Assembly: GCF_036365525.1 (NCBI RefSeq)
Contig: NC_090373.1
Span: 135,400,098-135,464,097, forward strand
DNA: 64,000 nt
Reading direction: 5' to 3'
Origin: Heterodontus francisci
Lineage: Eukaryota
A program made the translations under genes and the position numbers. How positions within the stretch are numbered: the first letter of the stretch is position 1; every line of letters starts with the position of its first letter. This document shows, piece after piece, positions 1-12,905 of this stretch. The notes under the pieces were generated by a model that was given only the letters and a program-made list of their open reading frames with translations, did no database searches and was not told the DNA's origin.

Positions 1-119
1 CTTGGTAAAAAAAATTAAAACTTAGCATGCAAAGGCAGATCCAACTAAAGCAGATGACAGTCGTTGCCCTTTTAAATCAAAACTTGGTCTCTTGTTTTTG
101 GTCCCTGCCACAAATTCCG

Positions 120-530
120 TTCCCCAACCACTGACTCCATCCCTCACTCTGGCCACAGTCGGAGGCTGAACCAGACCACTAGCAATCATGGCAACCTACT
201 TTATCCTCAGCTGATCTTCTGAGCCCATATTCTCTCCATCACCAAGACCACCTACTTCCATCTCCATAACATTAACTGAGGTAGAGGCAGAGACATACAA
301 TCTGCTACAGAATTCTTCATCCATTGCTTAAAAAAATAGTTGAGTTTAGAGGTAACTATGCTCTCCTGATCACCCTCCACTCTACCTAAACTTAAGCTCA
401 TTCAAAACTCTGCTGCTCATATCCTAATTGCACCAAGATATGTTCGCAAATCACCCCTGTGCTTGCTGACATATATTGGCTCCTGGTCCGTCAATGCTTC
501 AATTGAAAAACCCTCTGTAGTCTTATCACA
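120..530 (+). mobile_element. Decayed L2-type LINE fragment (RT C-terminal region)
   Basis: Degenerate KLKLIQNSAAHIL ... ITPVLADIYWL, typical of the L2 ORF2 C-terminus. Confidence 0.6.
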
Positions 531-1147
531 TCCTGTCCAAATGCTGCTTGCAAATCACATTGGTTCTTTTCTTATTTGTACAAATCAGTGACCTCCAGAA
601 TCATTTTTTTCCCTTAGGCATTTGAAGCCAGGTCCTGACACTGCAAAGGGGATGATTCCTGGACGAGTGATATGACCTTGGTTTCGGAATAGTTCATTTT
701 GTGGCCTGTGAATCAGGCACAGTTCTTGAATTTTTTGGAAGATGTTTTGACAAAGAAGGATCTGTATTCAGAAATATTTAGTAGGCTAGCCTCTCTACGG
801 ATGTTCAAGCTTGTCTTGAAGCTTGCTGCCAAGGCAAAGAGGAACCTCCTGCCCTGTCCCACTTTGAATTCAGGAGACCTGAGACTATTGGTGTATGTGT
901 TGGATGTTATAGAGCTCTAGTCCACTTCCAAAGTATCATTTATCTAAATACAGATAGAAGAGGTTCCCTATCCATTCAGCTGAATGCATTTTCTGTGAAT
1001 GTGATTTTTCCATTTGGGAGGTGGCACTCATTGACAGGGAACATATATAGCGAATCATATCAGGGGCAGGGTGCAATTTTGTGTCCATTAAGATTTTTTA
1101 GGATCTGTAACACCGATGAACATGAAAGTTCATCCTTTTTTCCTTAT

Positions 1148-1806
1148 CAGGTGGATAAGATAGTCAAGAAGGCATACGGCATGCTTGCCTTCATCGGTCG
1201 GGGCATAGAGTATAAAAATTGGCAAGTCATGCCGCAGCTGTACAGAACTTTAGTTAGGCGACTCTTAGAATATTGCGTGCAATTCTGGTCGCCACACTAC
1301 CAGAAGGACGTGGAGGCTTTGCAGAGGGTACAGAAGAGGTTTACCAGGATGTTGCCTGGTCTGGAGGGCATTAGCTATGAGGAAAGGTTGGATAAACTCG
1401 GATTGTTTTCACTGGAACGACAGAGGTGGCGTGGCGACATGATAGAGGTTTACAAAGTTATGAGTGGCATGGACAGAGTGGATAGTCAGAAGCTTTTTCC
1501 CAGGGTGGGAGAGTCAATTACTAGGGGACATAGGTTTAAGGTGCGAGGGGAAAAGTTTAGATGGGATGTGCGAGGCAAGTTTTTTACACAGAGGGTGGTG
1601 AGTGCCTGGAACTTGCTGCCGGGGAGGTGGTGGAAGCAGGTACGATAGCAACGTTTAAGAGACATCTTGACAAATATATGAATAGGATGGGAATAGAGGG
1701 ATATGGGCCCCGGAAGTGCAAAAGGTTTTAGTTTAGACAGGCATCAAGATCGGCGCAGGCTTGGAGGGCCGAATAGCCTGTTCTGTACTGCTCTTTGTTC
1801 TTTGTT
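1148..1806 (+). mobile_element. CR1 LINE 3' fragment (young subfamily)
   Basis: ORF2 C-terminus (LEYCVQFWSP, RLDKLGLFSLE, TRGH, FFTQRVV) plus 3' UTR with (gttcttt)-type tail; near-identical to 60110-60712. Confidence 0.92.
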
Positions 1807-2965
1807 TTTAAGCAAGAGATTTTGAGAGTTTTAAAAAAACTGTAATTTTATTTGCTGCCACTAGAGTGTGATCATTGATTTGATTTAAAAGAATATACAG
1901 AGAGAAGCCTTGCAAACCTTTTGTCCCAATACTTTCCAGCTCATTAGATGAAACAGATTAATGTACCCTTTGCCTGTCATTTTTACATTATGGATCACAA
2001 ACTACAATGCCACCTAGCTCTGTGAAATGTGTAAAATGATTTTTGGGCAGATAATGTATCCATTAGATTTATTGTGGCTCAGCTTCAGCTCTGTGCTGAG
2101 ATTGACTTCTTTGCACTATCTCTGAAAGGAAACTTAGGAACCTGCTTCTGGCCTCAAATGTCCCAATATGGGATAGTCATTTGTGATCTGAAGGATAAAA
2201 CTGGTTATGTTTTTAATTAATATTTTAGGTAATGACTTTGAAGTTGCTTGGAAAAGGTTCATAAAAATAACTTATTTGAATCTTCCTTGGCTATCATATA
2301 TCTAGCCTTTAAGATTGGAAGTATATCGCATTTTTACAATATAAGCAGAGCTTCCACAATTGTAGTCAATCAGTAAAGAACAAAGCTTATTCAGTTAGAG
2401 TTAGTTAATGCTGAATTATTTATTCAATATTTCTTTTTCTAGATCCCTACAATCCCTCTTTTAACCTCTATGTTAAGAAAATCAGAAGTTGCAACAGAGA
2501 TTGAAGTTCTATTGGTAAAAATAGCTAAAGAGCTGGAGATATGGGAATTGTAATCTGATCTGAAAAGATGGCCTGAGAGAAAATGGGATCAACTAATGAG
2601 AGCTATTAAGAGCTTTAAACACATTTTTTTAAACTGAAGCTTTTACTAATGTTGAAGGTTATGTTTGCCCAACAAGATCTGCTTCTCTCATTCAACCATA
2701 GAAAGGGATGTTGAGCCTTTAATTTAGGATATTTTGTCAGTTGGTGCAGGCAATAAAGGGGAAAAAAAGTAACATGTTGGGGATAATGAAACTCTCATTT
2801 GAAGATTGCCTTGTGAAACAATAACAAACACATTGGCTGTGATATTCCTGTTCTATTCATCTAGGATTCCCCAGGCGCAAAGGAGAGAAAAGGGGGAAGA
2901 GACCAGGAATCATGTTTTGTATTGACCCAGGATTTCTGGACTTTCCTGGAGAATCAGGCAGAATG

Positions 2966-3972
2966 CATGTGTCTCTTTGCTGACGATGCTGCTTTAACAT
3001 CTCACACTGAAGAGTGCCTGCAGAGTCTCATCGACAGGTTTGCGGCTGCCTGCAATGAATTTGGCCTAACCATCAGCCTCAAGAAAACGAACATCATGGG
3101 GCAGGGCGTCAGAAATGCTCCATCCATCAATATTGGCGACCACGCTCTGAAAGTGGTTCAAGAGTTCACCTACCTAGGCTCAACTATCACCAGTAACCTG
3201 TCTCTAGATGCAGAAATCAACAAGCACATGGGAAAGGCTTCGACTGCTATGTCCAGACTGGCCAAGAGAGTGTGGGAAAATGGCGCACTGACACGGAACA
3301 CAAAAGTCCGAATGTATCAGGCCTGTGTCCTCAGTACCTTGCTCTATGGCAGCGAGGCCTGGACAACGTATGTCAGCCAAGAGCGACGTCTCAATTCATT
3401 CCATCTTCACTGCCTCCGGAGAATACTTGGCATCAGGTGGCAGGACCGTATCTCCAACCCAGAAGTCCTCGAGGCAGCCAACATCCCCAGCTTATACACA
3501 CTAATGAGTCAGCGGCGCTTGAGATGGCTTGGCCATGTGAGCCGCATGGAAGATGGCAGGATCCCCAAAGACACATTGTACAGCGAGCTCGCCACTGGTA
3601 TCAGACCCACCGGCCGTCCATGTCTCCGCTTTAAAGACGTCTGCAAACACGACATGAAGTCCTGTGACATTGATCACAAGTCGTGGGAGTCAGTTGCCAG
3701 CGTTCGCCAGAGCCGGCGGGCAGCCAAAAAGGTGGGGCTAAAGTGTGGCGAGTCGAAGAGACTTAGCAGTTGGCAGGAAAAAAGACAGAGGCGCAAGGAG
3801 AGAGCCAACTGTGTAACAGCCCCGACAAACAAATTTTTCTGCCGCACCTGTGGAAGAGTCTGTCACTCTAGAATTGGCCTTTATAGCCACTCCAGGCGCT
3901 GCTCCACACACCACTGACCACCTCCAGGCGCTTACCCATTGTCTCTCGAGACAAGGAGGCCAAAGAAGAAGA
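2966..3972 (+). mobile_element. RTE-clade LINE 3' fragment with open RT C-terminus
   Basis: LFADD, FTYLGS, LLYGSEAW, RLRWLGHV, C-terminal CxxC..H..C finger; (gaa)n tail. Confidence 0.9.
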
Positions 3973-4039
3973 TAACCAGGTGCAGGAATTGTAATTCATG
4001 GAATTTCAGGTGAGAGGGCTTTAATGGTGTCATTAGCCT

Positions 4040-4420
4040 CATCCACAGAGAACACTATTTTGACACCAGATTTATGTGATAGCTGCTCTGGAATAGCCTG
4101 ACTAGGGGCCTGGCCAGTTCCACAGATCTTTGGCACTGCAGCTGGCATGTTATCAGGGCTTATAGTCTTTGCAGTGTTACGAATATCCCGTAGAAAGAAC
4201 CAAATTGTCTGAATTTTGGCATCTATGATGGTGGGGTGGAGGCCAAGTAGGATCAGCCATTTTGCATTTTTGGTTGGACATTTACAAACTCTTCAAAGTT
4301 GTCTCTTGCATTCACATGCTGAGTTCTGCTGTATTGAGGATGTAGATGCTCATGGAGCCTTTCTCTCCAATTAGGTGCCTGGTTGTCCACTTCAGTCCTT
4401 GATTGAATGTGTTAGCTCCT
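4040..4420 (-). mobile_element. Decayed LINE fragment of the family at 38810-40560; continues at about 6120-6330
   Basis: Reverse-complement similarity to 40250-40560; interrupted by Gypsy and LTR sequence. Confidence 0.55.
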
Positions 4421-4424
4421 CCAC

Positions 4425-5120
4425 CACTACCTTTGCTGAGATAGATCATAGATGGATAGCCTCTGGAAATCGGGTAGCCACATCCATAATGGTGAGAAGA
4501 TACTGGTAGTGCCCTTTTGTTTCTGGCAGGGGCCCAACATAATGTACCAGTACTGTGCTGAATGATTCCCTAAAAGCCGGTATGGGAATTAGGGGTGCAG
4601 GTTTTATTGCCTGGTGAGGCTTCTCCACAACCTGGCACATGTGGAAAGTCTTGCAGAACTCCACCACATCCTTGTGGAGTTGTGGCCAGTGAAAATGCCG
4701 TCTTATCCGAGCTTGGGTTTTCCTGATACCAAAATGTCCAGCCATTGGAATCTCGTGGGGTATTCTCAACACTTCCCTACGGGACCTCGGCGGCACCACT
4801 ACCTGGTGAACCAGTGTCCACTCTTCGTCTGCAGGTCTGTGAGGTGGTCTCCACTTCTTTATCACCTCATTCTTTTAATAGTAGCACTCTGGAACTCCCT
4901 CTGCTTCAGCTTCAGTTTGGTCAGTCTGTGCTAATGTTTTTAACCCTGAGTCAGCTTGCTGAGCCTCGACCAAGGAAGACCTGTTTAACTCATCCTCTGG
5001 GTCCTCTTACTTCCCAAAGAAGGTTTCAGATAACCAGACAGTAAGGTCATCTATCTGCAGTGCAAGTCCAGCCTCCTCTAATGGAGCTCGTTTGGCCATG
5101 GACCAAGTCACCATACGTGG
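4425..5120 (-). mobile_element. Gypsy (Gmr1-like) integrase fragment
   Basis: HEIPMAGHFG..WPQLHKDVVEFCKTFHMCQ (H2C2 zinc-binding region) followed by the core start LLTIMDVATRFPEAI; homologous to 19100-19460. Confidence 0.85.
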
Positions 5121-5128
5121 GGTGGAGT

Positions 5129-6115
5129 TGTCACACCAACATGCTTTGTTGAATGATAATTTTGTTTAATCCACTGACTGGAGACCTGAGTTTATATTTT
5201 TTAAAGAAATTGAAGAGGGAACAGATAAAAGATGACTTTGCCAGCAGCTTAAGATGGCCACCTAATTTGCAACACTACATTGCAAGGCCTGTGAGATGGA
5301 AACAAAATGTCTGCTCATCCCAGCAAGAACCAAAACCCAGGAAGTTTAAGGGAACTGCCTGTTCTTTTTAGCAAGAAGAAATACACTGCTAAGTACCATG
5401 CTTGAATCACTCCATGACTGTCATGTGACAAGCCTCCCCCACCCCGCCCCCCCCCCCCCCACCTCGCAGCAGAGAAACACCATCTATGGTTTTAAGCTGA
5501 TGTTTCTCTGCAACAGCAAGGAGAAGCATCCGGACTCAGACCCAAGTGCAGGTCTCTCTTTTTCTCTCTGTCTCTGGCTCTGCCTCTTGCTCTCCATTCC
5601 AGCTTGCAAGCTGTGAATTCTGCCAGTTGACTGACCACCTCTGCATACTCTGCTACAATCAGAAACCCTTTGGAGGAAATCATCTGCATCGCTGTTTCCA
5701 AGAGACCTACCGAATCATTCATCTATCTCTTCAAACTAAAAGCCTCAGAACCACTGAATTCAGCTAGAAGCCAGCCAAATCACCAAACTCCAAGATTGTA
5801 TACTTTTTTATGGACTCTAACTCGACCAATCTACCCTTCCCCACTCTGTAACCTCTTTATGTGTGTGGGCGTGTGAAAGTTGGCGCAAAGTTTATTTTAC
5901 TTCGGTTTAAGTACAATAAAGTTAACCTCTTTCTTAAACGCAAGAAAATCTGTCTGGTTCTTTTTGTGATCGTTGAAAGTAAATAACCAAATGCCTACTG
6001 AATTAGCCAGTATATCCACCTCAAAAAAAAAATAAAATAAAATAAACCTGTTGTGGTCAAACAAGGAGAGAGAAAAGAGGGAAGCCCTTCAATGACTCCT
6101 TACCTGACTGTAACA
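5129..6115 (+). mobile_element. Solo LTR
   Basis: TGTCAC...GTAACA termini, internal AATAAA, flanks GAGT/GTGT (4-bp TSD with one mismatch); 3' end shared with LTR pieces at 59262 and 62566. Confidence 0.75.
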
Positions 6116-7576
6116 GTGTACAGAGCTTAGCTGTGATTCTTTGGTCGTGGGGCAACATAGTTCTGTCCATTACTTGTTGCTTTTGCTGTTTGGCATTCAG
6201 GTCGTAGGTTCAGTAAGTTAGTGTCTGATTCTAAGTTATGCCTGGTGCATGCCCTTGTAAATTCCCCATTAAGCTATGATTGGTCTCTGGTCTTGATGAC
6301 AGTTCAGAGAGGGTTTGCAAGGCTGATCTCTTGCATGAGAAGACTGATGTATGATGAGAAAGTGGAGTTTTTTGGATTTTGAAAGGTGGTGATTTAGATA
6401 TGATTAGATAAAGGCTTATTAAACAGTATTGAGAAAGCAGATCTGAAAAATTACTTCAAACCAAATCCTGTGAGTAAGACAAGGGGACATTGATTCAAAA
6501 TAGTGAAAGTCAGGTAGTAGTTCTTCGCATTGAGAGGCTGATGATGTGGCCTGACTGCTCCACTATTGTCATAAGTGCACAGATTGGCTGGATTTGCTGG
6601 ATAAAGTGAGGTCAGCCCATTTATATAATGTAATTGCACATAACTTGTGCGATGGAAGTCTCCTTTTTTATTATTCCAGTGTTTATGGTAGCTTTCCTAC
6701 AGGTTTGTTCCAAATGGATATGTAGAGCTGGACTACATCATGAGATGGCTGCCTCATTTAAATGGAAATTGGAGCTGAATGAACCTAGTGCACAGATTCC
6801 CAGCTACCTTTGCACTTTGACCTTGGAGGTCACTAAATGTGTTATAGGCCTTGGGTCATCTGATTTCCCAGGAGCAGGGAGCTGATCTGCTTCAAGGTAT
6901 CAGGTACCCAATGTTGTACTTAGGCCACAAAGAGTAATGCATGGAATTGACCTCCTGAAAGAGCAGCAGAGGCAAAAACTCAAGTACTTTAAGAAACAGA
7001 TGCTGTGGTTAGAGGTTTGGAATGAATATAGGTCTTCCTGAATAGATGAACTGAGTTTGGCCATCATTATCTGTATTTATCTTGTGGTTGTAAAAATTAA
7101 ATTGCAGATTAAAGAAACATTATTGGTCACTCCAACTTTGCACTGATAAGACCAGTTCTCGCAGTCATCATGATAGCAGAATGCAGGAAAGAATGTCATG
7201 GCCTAGAGGTGGTTGATAAAAGAATTTAAGAGTAACTGCCATATCCATGGAAAAAGGTGTTCATATATCCGAGTAAGGACTCGTGAAGCTGATTGCTCAT
7301 GATAAGCTTGGGTCCCCTTTGTAATGGCAGCAACTTTAGTAGTTCTGCAATAATGGGGGGGAGAGGGGTGCAATTTCCATAGGGTATTTCTCAATTTGTT
7401 GCTGTAACTTTGATGGATGATTGGTGGAAACCAGGACAAATTGCAGAAAGGGGCATTGACATCATTTCTCTGACCTTCCTGCTGAAGTTGAGGTGGAAGA
7501 TGGCGGGTGGGGGGAAGAATGCCTTTGGAAATTCTGCTCCAATGTGTTTTAAGTCTTGTATTCAATATGTAAATAA

Positions 7577-7964
7577 GAAAAAAAGCAAAATACTGCAGAT
7601 GCTGGAAATCTGATATAAAAACAAGAAATGCTGAAAATACTCAGCAGATCTGGCAGCATCTGTGGAGAGAGAAGTAGAGTTAACGTTTCAGCTCAGTGAC
7701 CCTTCATCAGAACTGGCAAAGGTTATAAATGTAATAGGTTTTAAGCAAATAAAGCAGGGGTGGGACAAGAGATAACAAAAGTAAAGGTGTTGATAGGACA
7801 GGGTCACAGAGAATAACTGACCAGAAGGTCATGGAGCAAAGACAAACGGTATGTTAATAGTGTGTTGAAAGACAAAGCGTTAGTACAGAGAGGGTGTTAA
7901 TGGATGGAAAAATGAACATTTATCCAGACCAGTTGAGTATTTCCAACATTTCCTGTTTTGGATT
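7577..7964 (-). mobile_element. Penelope-like terminal-repeat insertion with short inverted end
   Basis: Matches the terminus of the 14826-17482 element; flanked by TATGTAAATAA repeats (7566-7576, 7965-7975); hammerhead motif at 7678-7714. Confidence 0.8.
7678..7714 (-). ncRNA. Putative minimal type I hammerhead ribozyme
   Basis: AGUU CUGAUGA A GGGUC ACU GAGCU GAAA CG UU AACU: intact core, 4-bp stem I, palindromic stem III, one stem II mismatch. Confidence 0.6.
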
Positions 7965-9479
7965 TATGTAAATAAAGAAAACTTGGGAGCCAAATGGCAT
8001 ATGTAAACTAGGAAAATCTATAGAATGATGGGGCCCCCCATGCACTGTACAAACACTGCCCAAACTTGGAAAATTAGCATTTGAGTATTTTTGGGAGTTG
8101 ATTATTGTTCTGAACACTCTGTCCAAATTCTTGCCAGAGTAAGAAGCATAAAATCTACTCTTCTGACCTTGAGATACTCCTTGAGTGCATGAGAACATTT
8201 CTTCACTTATGTTCTGTATGTAAGCTTGGATCAAATCTGTCAACACCACCATAATAGATCAGAAATTGGTGTAAGGCTATTCATATCCTATATGACCTGG
8301 ACATTGATGGTGGCTGTTGTGTGTTGTTGTTGTAGTTTGTATCATAGCTAGGGCGTTCTTGAGAATGTCTCGGACTCTGGGTGGTTGTTGGTCGGCACAG
8401 ACCCGGTGGGCCGAAGGGCCTGTTTCAGTGCTGTATCTCTCTATGACTCTGGATAAGTCAACTAATAACTCATTATTTACACAATACTATCTACACTCTC
8501 CATAAGCCTCCGAAGCGAGCATCCTTCGTGCTGTTACCCTTCTTTCCCCAAGCCTATCACCATGTGACTGTTACATTGTTCTTACAGTGGGAGAGGTTAC
8601 TCTCACTGTCTCCAGCATTAGCCCTTTACATCCTTATACTACATCTTCCCCCCCCCGCCCCTTCCCCCCACCCCTGCAAGTCTTATCCAACATTTCCTTA
8701 AACATATTTACATTCTAGACTTATCTACTACTCTTTCTCCCCTCAGGTCTCTAACTTCACAGATCTAGTCTGTTCGGAGGTTTGACAATTCTCCCCGATC
8801 CAGTTGTAGTCTGACTGGGACGATCAGTAGTCTTCCTTGTAAGTCTGGCTTGCTGGCTTGGTTGATCTTTGCTATGGATTGCAGTATTCTGTTCGGTTTG
8901 GGGTTTGTTCATCTTCATCCGGGTCTTCCTAATGAATAATTAGCTTCTGGGGAACAGGGACAATGTTTCTCCTATTTCTTTGTATGTTTCCTTGGGTTGT
9001 GTGCATCACATACAATCTCTGGTAGTTTTCATCTCTGTAGATTACTGTACCTTCACTTTCTAGGTCATGTATCCATACTCTTTGACATTAATCAGTTTGG
9101 GTAAGTTTCTGGCTCTCAATCATTTGTTGTAATTTCAGATTTGCTGCCTTCTATAAGAGTTTTCCCGGTCTCTTACTTGCTCGTAGTTCCGGACATTCAA
9201 TCCTGGAAGCAATTTTTTAGGTAACACAGCAAGTTGTATTCTTATCTTCCTGCCCATCAGTAATTCTGCAGGTGATAATCCACACATCAATGGCATAGAT
9301 CGATAAATTTGAAGTGAGATTGGAAGATCTTCATTCTTCTTCAATAAGGACATTATGGTTCTTACACCTCTTCCTGCTTCAGCATTCGACTAGATACCGC
9401 GGAGATGTTGACATCCCATCATTGTCGCAAACTGACTGAAATATTCATTCACAAACTGTGGTCCATATCTGGCAATGAT

Positions 9480-10866
9480 AAGTATAATGAGAGAGGAAGT
9501 ACTAGAGGGTTTGACATGCTTGAAAGTGGATAAATCGCCAGGGTCTGACCTCGGTGGTGGGTAAATTGTAAGAATCTATTCTGAGGGACAGGATAAACTG
9601 CCACTTCGAAAGGATTAATCACGGATAGTCAGCATGGATTTGTTGAGGGAAGGCCATGTCTTACTAACTTAATTGAGTTTTTTGAGGAAGTAACAAGAAG
9701 GATTGATGGTAGTGCAGTGGCTGTGGTCTACATGGAATTTGGTAAGGCATTTGACAAGGTCCCACATGGCTGACTGGTCAGAAAAATGAAAGCCCATGGG
9801 ATACAGGGGAATGTGGCAGGTTGGATCCAGAATTGGCTCAGTGACAGGAAACAAAGGGTAGTAGTCGACAGATGTTTTTGTGAATGAAAAGCTGTTTCCA
9901 GTGGCGTTCCACAGGGCTCACTGTTAGCTTCCTTGCTGTTTGTGGTATATATTAATGATATGGGCTTAACTGTGGGAGGCATGATTGGGAAATTTGTTGA
10001 TGACACAAAAATTGACTGTGTAGTTGATAGTGAAGAGGATAGCTGTAGACTACAGAAAGCTATCAATGGTTTGGTTGAGTGGGCGGAAAAGTGGCAAATG
10101 GAATTCAATACAGATAAGTGTGAGGTAATGCATTTGGGGAGGCAAATAAAGCAAGGGAATACACAATAAATGGGAGGATATTGAGAGGGGTGGAAGTGAG
10201 AGACCTTGGAGTGTATGTCCACAGGTCCCTGAAGGTGGCAGGACAGGTAGATAGAGTGGTGAAGAAGGCATATGGAATGCTTTCCTTTATTGGCCAAGTT
10301 CAAAAGCAGGGATGAAATGCTGGAACTGTATAAAACACTAGTTAGGCCACAGTTGGAGTATTGCGTACAGTTCTGGTCACCACATTACAGAAAGGACATA
10401 ACTGCTCTGGAGAGAGTACAAGAATGTTGCCAGGACTTAAAAGTTGCAGCTATGAGGAAAGATTAGATAGGCTAGAGTTGTTTTCCTTAGAACAGAGGAG
10501 GCTGAGGGGTGACTTAATAAAGGCTTACAAAATTTATGAGGGGCATAGATAGAGTAGACAGGAAAGACCTGTTTCCCCTAGCGGAGAGGTCAATTACCAG
10601 GGAGCACAAATTTAAGGTGATTGGTAGAAGGATTAGCAGGGACATGAGGAAAAACGTTTTCACCCAGAGGGTGGTGGGTGTCTGGAAATAACTGCCAGGA
10701 ACAGTGGTGGAGGCAGAAACCCTCAATTCTTTTAAAAGGTACCTGGACCATGCACCTGAGGTGCTGTAACCGGCAAGGCTACGAACCAGGTGCTGGAAGG
10801 TGGGATTAGATTGGGTTTTCCGGCCGCGCAGACACGATGGGCTGTAATTTTTCTATGGTTCTATTT
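9480..10866 (+). mobile_element. CR1 LINE RT and 3' end inserted into the Gypsy integrase
   Basis: QHGF, KAFDKV, GVPQGS, KFVDDTK, LEYCVQFWSP and 3' tail, with frameshifts. Confidence 0.9.
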
Positions 10867-12189
10867 TTTCAGGGATACAATGTGTTGCAAAGATATCTTG
10901 AAGAATTCTGATAACTGCTTCTGTAGTTGTAGAATGCAACCTTCGCAGTTCTATTCAACATGAGAAGTAATCAATGATGATTATGTATGACTTCCCATTG
11001 AATATGAATAAATCCATACCGAGCATTTGCCAAGATCTGGTTGGAAATGGAGTAGTTACGAGGTTCACTTTGTTCCGGTCTCTCTATTGCACAGACCTGA
11101 CAGTTCTGAATCACATTCTCGATGTCTTTGGATATTCCTGGCCACCACACTGAACTTTGTTTTCCCATATGGCATTGGTGTAGATGTTCTAAGATATTTG
11201 ATCTCAGTGAACTAGGAATGACTAGTCTGTCATTGTAAACGAGCAAGTCGTCGATAATTGTGGAGTATTTTCTATGTTCATAGAAAGTTTTTTGTTTTCC
11301 CACCAGGACGTTCTTGTGGCTACCCTTATGTGCAAAACTACCTTATGCGAATACATTCTTTGCTTTTTTTGGGCGTGATGTATTTCTTGCAATTTCTGTG
11401 TGCTTGCTGGCCAATTTTGTGCAGTGTGTTGTGAATGTGACTCTATCTTGCACATGAAATTCACACCTTGCTGTGTTGAATGGTCTACTGTCGCTCTTAA
11501 TTCGCATATCGGCTGACGTTTGCAACTTCCCTTGGACATATACCTCATCAATCTTAAACAAAATCTTTGTATAGGTGGAGGCATTTTTGTGATCTACCTT
11601 TTGTCTAACAAAGATACCAAAGGTTTCTGGTCTGTCTCGATGACGGCACTCAATCCAACAAATAAGTCAGAAAATTTTTCACATGCGCATGTGACAGCAA
11701 GTGCTTCTTTTTCAATTACTGCATACCACGTCTCTGTGTCAGACAAAGCTCCAGATGTGCAGAATATTGGACTGAGCACCATCAGGTTGCTCGTGGAAAA
11801 GGACTGCCCCAACCCAGTGGAGGAGGCATCTGCTGCTTTTGTCGTTTGTAGTTGAGACTTATAGTGTGCCAAGATGTCTGACGGTATGATCACTTCTTTA
11901 ATCTTCCGGAATGCTTGCTCTTGGTGTGAATTCCAACACCAGGCTAGCTGTTTTTTGATAAGTTGACTTGCGGTTTTGTTATCTGTGCTAAATGAGGTAG
12001 AAATTTGGCTAATTGATTTACAATTTCCAGGAATCTTTGGAGCTGCTGAATGGAAGTAGGAGTAGGAAATTCTGTTATGGTGCATGTCTTCTGTGGATCT
12101 GCCATTATACCACCTTGTGTCCCAAGAAATGAACTGAGGTCTTGGAAAATTCGCACTTCTCGTTCAGAGTTAGTCCTGCCTCTTGAAGC

Positions 12190-12905
12190 TGCTGTGGTTA
12201 GCACCGCAGCCTCACAGCTCCAGTGACCCGGGTTCAATTCTGGGTACTGCCTGTGTGGAGTTTGCAAGTTCTCCCTGTGTCTGCGTGGGTTTTCTCTGGG
12301 GGCTCCGGTTTCCTCCCACATGCCAAAGACTTGCAGGTTGATGGGTAAATTGGCCATTATAAATTGCCTCTAGTATAGGTAGATATTAGAATTAGAAATA
12401 TATTTTTTTTATTAGAACATTACAGCGCAGTACAGGCCCTTCGGCCCTCGATGTTGTGCCGACCTGTGAAACCATCTGACCTACACTATTCCATTTTCAT
12501 CCATATGTCTATCCAATGACCACTTAAATGCCCTTAAAGTTGGCGAGTCTAATACTGTTGCAGGCAGGGTGTTCCACGCCCCTACTACTCTCTGAGTAAA
12601 GAAACTACCTCTGACATCTGTCCTATATCTATCACCCCTCAACTTAAAGCTATGTCCCCTCGTGTTTGCCATCACCATCCGAGGAAAAAGACTCTCACTA
12701 TCCACCCTATCTGACCCTCGGATTATCTTATATGTCTCTATTAAGTCACCTCTCCTCCTCCTTCTCTCCAACGAAAACAACCTCAAGTAGGTGGTAGGGA
12801 TATGGAATTAGTGTAGGACTAGTATAAATGGGTGGTTGATGGTTGGCACAGACTCGGTGGGCCGAAGGGCCTGTTTCAGTGCTGTATCTCTAAATAAAAT
12901 AAATA
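12190..12905 (+). mobile_element. HE1-like V-SINE (tRNA head, V domain, CR1-type tail), split by a CR1 insertion
   Basis: B box GGTTCAATTC; V domain GTGTGGAGTTTGCAAGTTCTCCC...CCGGTTTCCTCCCAC; resumes at ~12787 with tail GGGCCGAAGGGCCTGTTTCAGTGCTGTATCTCTAAATAAAAT. Confidence 0.85.
12383..12786 (-). mobile_element. CR1 3' fragment inserted in the V-SINE
   Basis: LFSLERRRRRGDLIETYKI...TRGH...FFTQRVV to natural stop, plus tail. Confidence 0.88.

Noticed and set aside
699-920. 73-aa ORF considered as a last exon of a neighbouring gene such as MTFR2
   Set aside because: No recognisable similarity in the frames I read on either strand; starts at a non-ATG codon.
12190-12260. tRNA-like A/B box sequence (also at 38810-38890)
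   Set aside because: These are heads of retroposons; there is no complete cloverleaf, so they are not called tRNA genes.
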